Below are positions 11,984 to 18,457 of a stretch of DNA of 24,060 bases, piece after piece (position 1 is the stretch's first letter; every line of letters begins with the position of its first letter). The DNA lies in NCBI GenBank assembly GCA_003133285.1, contig PKWR01000129.1:462-24521 (forward strand), read 5' to 3'. Made by a program: the position numbers and the translations under genes. Origin of the DNA: Coriobacteriia bacterium. Its GTDB lineage: Bacteria; Actinomycetota; Coriobacteriia; Anaerosomatales; PALSA-660. A model generated the notes under the pieces. That model saw only the letters and a program-made list of their open reading frames with translations, searched no databases and was not told the origin of the DNA.

Positions 11984-12025
11984 TTGACACGCCCGATTGC
12001 GGGCGCATACTCGGAAACGTTTTCC
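11984..12025 (+). promoter_or_regulatory. Sigma70-type promoter for the TPR-NHL genes with two dyad elements
   Basis: TTGACA (11984-11989), a 16-bp spacer that is itself an inverted repeat (CGCCCG-ATTG-CGGGCG), CATACT (12006-12011), then GGAAACGTTTTCC (12013-12025). Confidence 0.55.
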
Positions 12026-12083
12026 ACTGCGAGTCGGACAAATCCCCGGCAGGACCGGCCCCGCAAAGAGCTCTTGGAGACAA

Positions 12084-13184
12084 ATGGATCCGGTCGACAC
12101 CGTCGAGGCCGCCTCGTCGTCACACGCTCCTGCACCCATCTCCACCGATACCGATCCCGCCCGCTCAGCCAAGCTCGACACCTGGCTGACTGTCGGCGTA
12201 TGGGTCGTGGGCGCCTCCCTCGTGCTGTTCGCCGGGTTCTTCGGGTGGAGTGTCTACGCCCAGGCGCAGGCGGCGCGGCTCTCATCGCCCGCGATGCAGG
12301 TCATCGACGCGCTCCAGAAGCAGGTCGACGCCACTCCCAAGGACCCCACCCTGCATTCCCGACTCGCCGAGGCCCTTGGCACCGCCGGTATGTTCGACCG
12401 GGCGACGGCCGAGTTGATCATCGCCGTGAAGCTGGATCCGACCTTCGCGGGCGGCTACGAGAACCTCGGCGCCATCGCGATGACCCAGAAGAACTACTCC
12501 GACGCGGAGAAGTACTTCAACAAGGTCCTCGAGCTGACCTCGACCGGTGACTACCAGAACGTCAACCAGCGGCGTGACGAGGCGTACTTCTACCTGGGCG
12601 AGATCGCGCTCATCCAGAAGCGCTACGAGGACGCCGTGGGCTACTTCAATGCCGCGATCCGCGTCCGCAAGGACGCCTCCGACTCGTACCTGCGCCTGGG
12701 CCAGGCATACGCCGGGCTCGGTCAGAAGGACCAGGCCAAGGAGCAGATCAACATCGCGCTCGCGTTCGACCCTCACTTCGCCGAGGCGCACTACGAACTC
12801 GGCAAGCTGCTGATCAGCGAGGGTGACAAGGTCAACGCCGCGTGGGAGTTCCGCGCCGCGCTCGACTCGATGCCCGACCAGCCCGACCCGCAGGCGGCGC
12901 TCGACGCCCTCGGTCCCTATGAGGAGTGGTATGCCGCAGCGTCGAAGGCATGGCTCGCGGGAGACGAAGCCGCGGCCCTCGACGACGTCCGCATCGCGCG
13001 GGCGATCAGCCCCGATAGCTACGACGCGGCCATGCTGAACGGCCGCATCCTGGACAAGATACGCGATTTCGCCGGGGCCGCTGACGCCTATGCGGTCGCG
13101 TTCAAGGTCGATTCCTCGAGCAAGGAAGCCACGTCGGCGTTTGCGCTTTCCGTGGAAGCCAGCCGGACAGCGGGCGCGAAGTGA
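12084..13184 (+). CDS. Membrane-anchored tetratricopeptide-repeat protein, 366 aa
   Basis: One N-terminal TM helix (WLTVGVWVVGASLVLFAGFFGWSVY), then multiple TPR units (e.g. AYFYLGEIALIQKRYEDAVGYFNAAI; AHYELGKLL...A). GGAGA before ATG 12084. Confidence 0.85.
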   Translation: MDPVDTVEAASSSHAPAPISTDTDPARSAKLDTWLTVGVWVVGASLVLFAGFFGWSVYAQAQAARLSSPAMQVIDALQKQVDATPKDPTLHSRLAEALGTAGMFDRATAELIIAVKLDPTFAGGYENLGAIAMTQKNYSDAEKYFNKVLELTSTGDYQNVNQRRDEAYFYLGEIALIQKRYEDAVGYFNAAIRVRKDASDSYLRLGQAYAGLGQKDQAKEQINIALAFDPHFAEAHYELGKLLISEGDKVNAAWEFRAALDSMPDQPDPQAALDALGPYEEWYAAASKAWLAGDEAAALDDVRIARAISPDSYDAAMLNGRILDKIRDFAGAADAYAVAFKVDSSSKEATSAFALSVEASRTAGAK

Positions 13185-14689
13185 GGCGACGCCAGAAGCG
13201 CAAGATCGCCGCACTCGTCATACTGATCGGGCTGCTCGCCCTCCTCGGCGCATGGTTCGTGAACTTCCAGGCGACCAAGAGCCTCACCATCGACCTGAGG
13301 GCCCCGGCGGCGGACTCGCTCGACCCCCCGACCTACATGTTCTCGTTCACGGGCGCCGGCGCGAATCATCTCGAGCAGCCGATCGGCGTGCTGGCGACCG
13401 ACACGGTCGTGTACGTCGCCGACTCACGTCTCGGGCAGGTGGACGTGTTCAGCGAGAACGGGACCTTCCTCCGCGCGTTCGGCAAAGGCCAGCTGGTCAC
13501 GCCGCTCTTCCTCGCGAAGGACCCGAAGGGCGGCAACCTCTACATCGCCGACCGGCGCAAGCGCGAGGTGCTCATCTTCAAGCCGTCGGGCGAGTACGTG
13601 GGCGTGTTCGATCCCAAGCTCCCCAAGGACCAGCTGCCGACGTTCAAGACCAAGGGCATCCAGTGGGCTCCGATCGCCCTCGACTTCGCCCCTGACGGCT
13701 CGATGTACGTCCTCGAGATCCTGAACGGCCATCGGATGCTGCAGTTCGGGCCGGACGGGTCGTTCATGCGCTCCATCGGCGGGAGCGGGGCGGTGTCGAC
13801 CGCGGACGAGATGGCCGGCAAGTTCCAGTTCCCCAACTCCGTGAAGGTGTTCAAGGGCGGGGTCTACGTCGCCGACAGCAACAACCGCCGCATCCAGGTG
13901 TTCGACCTTCAGGGGAACTTCAAGCGTCTGATCAAGACACTCGGTCTCCCACGTGGTATCGCGTTCCTTCCGCGGCCCGCCGGCGCCGGAGTGGGGGTCA
14001 CCGACAAGTTCGTCGAGGTCGACACACTGAGCCACGACGCGACCATCTTCACCACCGTCGGCCAGCAGGTCGTCAAGTTCGGGGAGCGTGGCGTGCTGGA
14101 CGGGCAGTTCAACTACCCGAGCGACGTCAGCGTCGGAGGCAAGTCCGTCATCTACGTCACCGACACGCAGAACGCGCGCGTGCAGGCGTGGGGCTGGCCG
14201 CAGGACGTCAGCCCGCTTCCCAAGGTGCTCCCTCGCAACCCGTGGTGGCTCCTGCTGCCGCTCCCGCTGCTGCTCCTGCCGCTGCTGTACCGCAAGAAGC
14301 GCTTCTTCGCCACGACGGACTTCGTCGAGGCTGTGATAGCGGACGGCGGGCTTGAGACGATGCTGGACCCTCGCCGGAAGTGGCTCATGACCGAGAACGG
14401 CTATGCGACCCTGAAGGACCGCGTCGAGAGCTCCCACAAGCTGGGCGAGGTCCTGGAGCCGACCGAGCACTCCGACAGCGACGCTCGTTCGCTTGTCGAA
14501 CGCATGGCTATCGACTTCGACTCGGCCGTCGTCCTCTCGTCGGCCAAGCGCACCAAGGCCCTGTGCACGGAGGACCCGGAACTCCGCCGCATGGCGAACC
14601 TGCTCGAGATCCCGGTCTACAACGCGGCCGAATTCGTGGAGAAGTTCCGGAAGCCGGGCACGTCCGCCGGCCCCGTTGCGAGTGAATGA
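13181..14689 (+). CDS. NHL-repeat beta-propeller membrane protein with a C-terminal PIN-like domain
   Basis: Basic N-terminus plus TM, NHL repeats (LEQPIGV, VYVADS, FQFPNSV..VYVADSNNRRIQVFD, GQFNYPSDV..IYVTDTQNARVQ), second TM (WWLLLPLPLLLLPLLY), then a ~125-aa tail. GTG start overlaps the TPR stop. Confidence 0.85.
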   Translation: MRRRQKRKIAALVILIGLLALLGAWFVNFQATKSLTIDLRAPAADSLDPPTYMFSFTGAGANHLEQPIGVLATDTVVYVADSRLGQVDVFSENGTFLRAFGKGQLVTPLFLAKDPKGGNLYIADRRKREVLIFKPSGEYVGVFDPKLPKDQLPTFKTKGIQWAPIALDFAPDGSMYVLEILNGHRMLQFGPDGSFMRSIGGSGAVSTADEMAGKFQFPNSVKVFKGGVYVADSNNRRIQVFDLQGNFKRLIKTLGLPRGIAFLPRPAGAGVGVTDKFVEVDTLSHDATIFTTVGQQVVKFGERGVLDGQFNYPSDVSVGGKSVIYVTDTQNARVQAWGWPQDVSPLPKVLPRNPWWLLLPLPLLLLPLLYRKKRFFATTDFVEAVIADGGLETMLDPRRKWLMTENGYATLKDRVESSHKLGEVLEPTEHSDSDARSLVERMAIDFDSAVVLSSAKRTKALCTEDPELRRMANLLEIPVYNAAEFVEKFRKPGTSAGPVASE

Positions 14690-14740
14690 AGACAGCGATC
14701 GATTGGATAGAACGCACGCAGTGCGTATGCGCATGACCGC

Positions 14741-14754
14741 GTAACACGTGTTAC
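14741..14754. promoter_or_regulatory. Perfect 14-bp palindrome, candidate operator of the hydrogenase operon
   Basis: GTAACACGTGTTAC, flanked by ATGAC (14733-14737) and GTCAT (14762-14766). Regulator unknown. Confidence 0.5.
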
Positions 14755-14805
14755 AGGACGCGTCATCGGGCGCGGTCTGTACGGCGGACAACCGAATAGC
14801 ACGAA

Positions 14806-15007
14806 GAGATATCCCACGGGTCGGAGCCGGCACTCCAAGACCCTCGGGAGTCCGGTGCGTGATTCCGAAATCACGCCCCGATACTCACGAGACACGCTTG
14901 CAACGCCATCTCCACCCGTTTGCCAGGGAGACCTGACCGACGAGAAGGAGGTGGCGTTCTTTCGTGTTACCCCGAGTCTTCCTGGGGGGCTTTTGATTTC
15001 GGGCACA
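14806..15007 (+). ncRNA. Candidate structured cis-regulatory leader RNA, family not recognised
   Basis: Hand-folded: three-way junction 14806-14886, 12-bp stem 14902-14913/14947-14958 enclosing a GAGA-tetraloop hairpin, and a third hairpin 14964-15007. Confidence 0.4.
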
Positions 15008-15045
15008 CCAGTCACGAGTCATGTATGAGGGAGGTTTGAAGGGAT

Positions 15046-16464
15046 ATGGCAGTAACCAGACGTGAATTCGTCACGACGCTGGGCATGCTTGGTGTGGCCG
15101 CGGGGATGAGCCAGTCGAACCTGGCCAAGATCACCGAGGCGTTCGCGCACGGTGGGGCATGGGCGGCCGGCGGCAGCTTCACAAGCAAGCCCAAGGTTAT
15201 CTGGGTGCACGGGGCAGAGTGCACCGGATGCTCGACGTCGCTCCTCAGCCTGTATGAGGACGCGGCCGGCGTAGCGGTCCCGGGTGCGACGGCAGACAAG
15301 AACATCTCAACGGCTGCGGCGCTCGGCATCCTCACCGGTTCGACGCTGACCGATCCGGTCGCGCAGCTCTCCGACACCGCGGTCGCGGGTCACCCGTACG
15401 GGCATCGGACGCTCGCGACGACCGGTCTGAACGTCGACAAGAGCGCGTATGCGGTCAACATCGCCGACGTGCTGATCGACTTCATCGATCTGCAGTACCA
15501 CGAGACGGTCATGGGCATGGGCGGGGACCAGGCGTACAGGTACCTGAACGCCGCCATGCACGCCAACGACGCGGTCCCGTACGTGCTGGTCGTCGAGGGC
15601 GCCGTTCAGGACAAGCTCAACAAGGGCTACTGGAACAAGTCCGGCGCCGCGTCGTGGTGCTCGATCGCCATGGACGGCACCGCGGGCGAAGAGACGGAAC
15701 TCAGCTTCGACGACGTCGTGGCCCATCTTGCCGCGCGCGCCGACTGCAAGGCAGTCATCGCCATCGGCCAGTGCGCCAGCTACGGCGGCTACCCGGCCTG
15801 CATCGGCCCCGACCTTGTCGCCCACGCGGGCGTCACGACCAAGAGCCAGACCGGTGCCCAGGGTGTCGCTGACTTCCTGAAGTCGCGCGGACTGGTCGAG
15901 GGCGCAACGGCACTGCAGCAGGGCGCCAGCGCGAAGGTCATCAACGTCCCCGGCTGCCCGGTCAACCCGTGGTGGTTCACGCTGACGGTCGTTGCCTGGC
16001 TCGTCGACGCCGTGTGCCAGACATCGGCCACCCCGAGCGCCCCGCTCGGTCTTCTCAACCACGATCTCTCACTCACCGGTGCCGGAGTCGACACGCAGGG
16101 CCGCCTTACCGCGGTCTACGGCGACCTTCTCCACGGCAAGTACTGCCCCCGCTACAAGTACTACGTGCAGCGGCAGTTCGCGACGAAGCCCGGCGAGCTC
16201 GGCTGCATGCAGAACATCGGCTGTAAGGGTCAGTCCACGATGTCGTCCTGTGGCCGCCATGGCTGGAACAACGCTCAGCCGCAGAACGAGGCAATGAACC
16301 TTGCCGCCGTCGGCACCTCGCTGGCACAGCTCGCACCGCTCCATGAGCTGGCCGACAACTCGCACGACACGATGGGCGGTTGTTGCCTGACCGCCGGCGC
16401 TCCCTGCATGGGCTGTACCGAAAAGGGCTACCCGGACGCATTCACGCCGTTCGTGGTCCGCTAA
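15046..16464 (+). CDS. [NiFe] hydrogenase small subunit, Tat-exported, group 1a-like
   Basis: Tat signal VTRREFV. Proximal cluster ligands ECTGC, GQC, PGCP; distal H..CPR...GCMQNIGCKG; medial SC...CCLTAGAPCMGC. No C-terminal TM anchor. Confidence 0.93.
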   Translation: MAVTRREFVTTLGMLGVAAGMSQSNLAKITEAFAHGGAWAAGGSFTSKPKVIWVHGAECTGCSTSLLSLYEDAAGVAVPGATADKNISTAAALGILTGSTLTDPVAQLSDTAVAGHPYGHRTLATTGLNVDKSAYAVNIADVLIDFIDLQYHETVMGMGGDQAYRYLNAAMHANDAVPYVLVVEGAVQDKLNKGYWNKSGAASWCSIAMDGTAGEETELSFDDVVAHLAARADCKAVIAIGQCASYGGYPACIGPDLVAHAGVTTKSQTGAQGVADFLKSRGLVEGATALQQGASAKVINVPGCPVNPWWFTLTVVAWLVDAVCQTSATPSAPLGLLNHDLSLTGAGVDTQGRLTAVYGDLLHGKYCPRYKYYVQRQFATKPGELGCMQNIGCKGQSTMSSCGRHGWNNAQPQNEAMNLAAVGTSLAQLAPLHELADNSHDTMGGCCLTAGAPCMGCTEKGYPDAFTPFVVR

Positions 16465-16487
16465 GAGACCTGAGAGGAGGAAACTAG

Positions 16488-18434
16488 ATGGCTACTATCG
16501 AAGTCGACCCGATCTCACGCATCGAGGGACACCTCGGCGTGAAGGTCACCACCGACGTCACCGGGAAGATCACCGAAGCCGATGCTCACGGCAACCTGTG
16601 GCGCGGGTTCGAGAACTTCCTGATCGGACGTCGGGCGAACGACGCGATCACGTTCACGCAGCGTATCTGCGGCGTCTGTCCGGTCCCGCACGGCACGGCA
16701 TCGACCTTCGCCGCTGACAGCGTGCTCGGCGTCAGCAAGGGCTATGCGACGTTCAAGTGGAACGGAGTCGTCGGGACCGAAGGCGTTCCCGAGGCCGGGC
16801 TCCACGTCCGCAACATGATCCTGGCTTCCGAGTTCCTGATGTCCAGCATCACGCACTTCTACCACCTGGTCGCCCAGGACTACGTCCAGGGCCCGCCGAT
16901 CCCGCCGTGGATTCCCTACTTCCGCAACGCGGACTACGCCAGCCAGCTGCTTCTGCCCGCTGAGCGCGTCGTCCCACTGAAGAACGTCGAGGGAGACCCG
17001 AACTTCGGAACCTACCCGGGCCTCTCCAAGAAGCTGTGGGATGCGGTCATCACCCAGTACGTCAAGGCGCTGCGCATCCGTCGCCTCACCTTCGAGGCCG
17101 GCGCGATGTTCGCGGGACGCATGCCGATGGTCTCCGCTCTGGTCGCCGGTGGCACCACCAACACCTTCGAGAGTGCGCAGGAACTTCGGGAGAAGCTCGA
17201 CGTCTTCCGGGCCCTCATGACGGAAGTCGGCGACTTCGTCGTCAAGGAGTACATCCCGCTGGCGCTCGCGCTCGGCGCGCTGTACCCCAAGGACGACAAC
17301 AAGAACAACACCGCTCTCGGTGGCAATGGCGCAGGCCTCGGGAACTTCCTCGCCTGGGGTGGCTTCCCGCAGGCTGACGTCGGCGAGACCATGGCCGTCA
17401 AGGGCGGCTGGGTCATCGACGCGGCCGGCGCGGCCGTCAAGGGCGTGCTGTTGGAGTCCAAGGCAGGCGGCGTCGGCGGCGTCGGCGGTCTCGATGACGC
17501 GATCGCCAAAGTCCAAGCCAACATCACCGAGAGCATCGCGCGTTCGCACTACACGGCTTCCTACGGCTACACCGACAAGGCCACTGCCGAGTACCCCGGC
17601 GACATCACGATGACCGAGCCCGATCGCACCAGTGGCTACTCGTGGATGAAGGCTCCCCGGTGGGATGGCTATGCGATGGAGGTCGGCCCGTTCGCCCGCA
17701 TGGTCGTGAACGGCAAGTACCCGGCGACCAACACGAACGTCGTGACCGATGGCTACGCGGACATCTACGTGAAGGCCGGTGCTCTCGACGCTGCAGTGCT
17801 CTCACCCGATCTGGTGTCGGGCCTCGCCGGCGATGGCCTTGTCGGCACGGTAGCGGGCTACATCGCGGGCATGAAGGGCGGTCTGTCCACCCTCGACCGT
17901 ATCCGCGCACGTGCGCTCGAGTCCTACTGGATGGTCACGTACCTGATCGGCGCGCCGTCCAAGGACCCGGAAACCAGCGCCATCAGCTGGCCGGACGCGA
18001 CGAGCGGCGCCGGCTGGGCGGGTGCGCTCCGCACGATGGCCGCATCGACCGTGCCGAAGTTCTACCGCGACACCACAGCCCCTGTGGGCGAGGTCCACGG
18101 CTTCGGTCTGGTCGAGGCGCCCCGTGGCGCACTGGGCCACTTCGTCACCGCCACCGGCGGCAAGATCAAGTCGTACCAGTGCGTCGTTCCGACCACCTGG
18201 AACGGCTCGCCGAAGAACGGCACGGCCGCAACGTCCGCCCTCTACGAGGCGAAGAAGCACCTCAACGACGGCCCGAACCGCGGCGCCATCGAGCAGGCGA
18301 CGATCGACGTGGTCTACAACGACACCCCCATGAACGGCAGCGATCCGCACACCATCGCGGGCGCTCAGAGCGGCGTCGAGGTCATGCGTGTGGCCCATTC
18401 CTTTGACCCGTGCATCGCGTGCGCGGTCCACTAG
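16488..18434 (+). CDS. [NiFe] hydrogenase large subunit, group 1a-like, no C-terminal extension
   Basis: DPISRIEGH, RGFE, L1 QRICGVCP..H, HFYHL, EAPRGALGH, VVPTTWN, L2 DPCIACAVH followed directly by a stop. Confidence 0.96.
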   Translation: MATIEVDPISRIEGHLGVKVTTDVTGKITEADAHGNLWRGFENFLIGRRANDAITFTQRICGVCPVPHGTASTFAADSVLGVSKGYATFKWNGVVGTEGVPEAGLHVRNMILASEFLMSSITHFYHLVAQDYVQGPPIPPWIPYFRNADYASQLLLPAERVVPLKNVEGDPNFGTYPGLSKKLWDAVITQYVKALRIRRLTFEAGAMFAGRMPMVSALVAGGTTNTFESAQELREKLDVFRALMTEVGDFVVKEYIPLALALGALYPKDDNKNNTALGGNGAGLGNFLAWGGFPQADVGETMAVKGGWVIDAAGAAVKGVLLESKAGGVGGVGGLDDAIAKVQANITESIARSHYTASYGYTDKATAEYPGDITMTEPDRTSGYSWMKAPRWDGYAMEVGPFARMVVNGKYPATNTNVVTDGYADIYVKAGALDAAVLSPDLVSGLAGDGLVGTVAGYIAGMKGGLSTLDRIRARALESYWMVTYLIGAPSKDPETSAISWPDATSGAGWAGALRTMAASTVPKFYRDTTAPVGEVHGFGLVEAPRGALGHFVTATGGKIKSYQCVVPTTWNGSPKNGTAATSALYEAKKHLNDGPNRGAIEQATIDVVYNDTPMNGSDPHTIAGAQSGVEVMRVAHSFDPCIACAVH

Positions 18435-18457
18435 CCGAACCCACGGAGGTGAATACT

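Noticed and set aside
12040-12075. c-di-GMP-I/GEMM riboswitch-like words (GACAAATCC...CGCAAAG) before the TPR gene
   Set aside because: No GNRA-capped P2 with the GGGACGCAAAGCC junction and no second hairpin; the match is only a few bases.
14741-14754. Second LexA box upstream of the hydrogenase
   Set aside because: It shares the central 10 bp with the uvrA box but lacks the essential GAAC/GTTC half-sites; kept as an unknown operator instead.
14846-14938. Cobalamin riboswitch resemblance (GGGAGTCCGGTGCG and GCCAGGGAGACCTGACC)
   Set aside because: The two fragments look like the B12-box start and the 3' AGACCUG element, but the core AAUCCGG, CCCGCNACUGU and GGGAAG elements between them are missing. 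Not called; an Rfam scan would settle it.
18390-18434. Selenocysteine ([NiFeSe]) hydrogenase
   Set aside because: The L2 motif is encoded with TGC codons (DPCIAC); there is no in-frame TGA.
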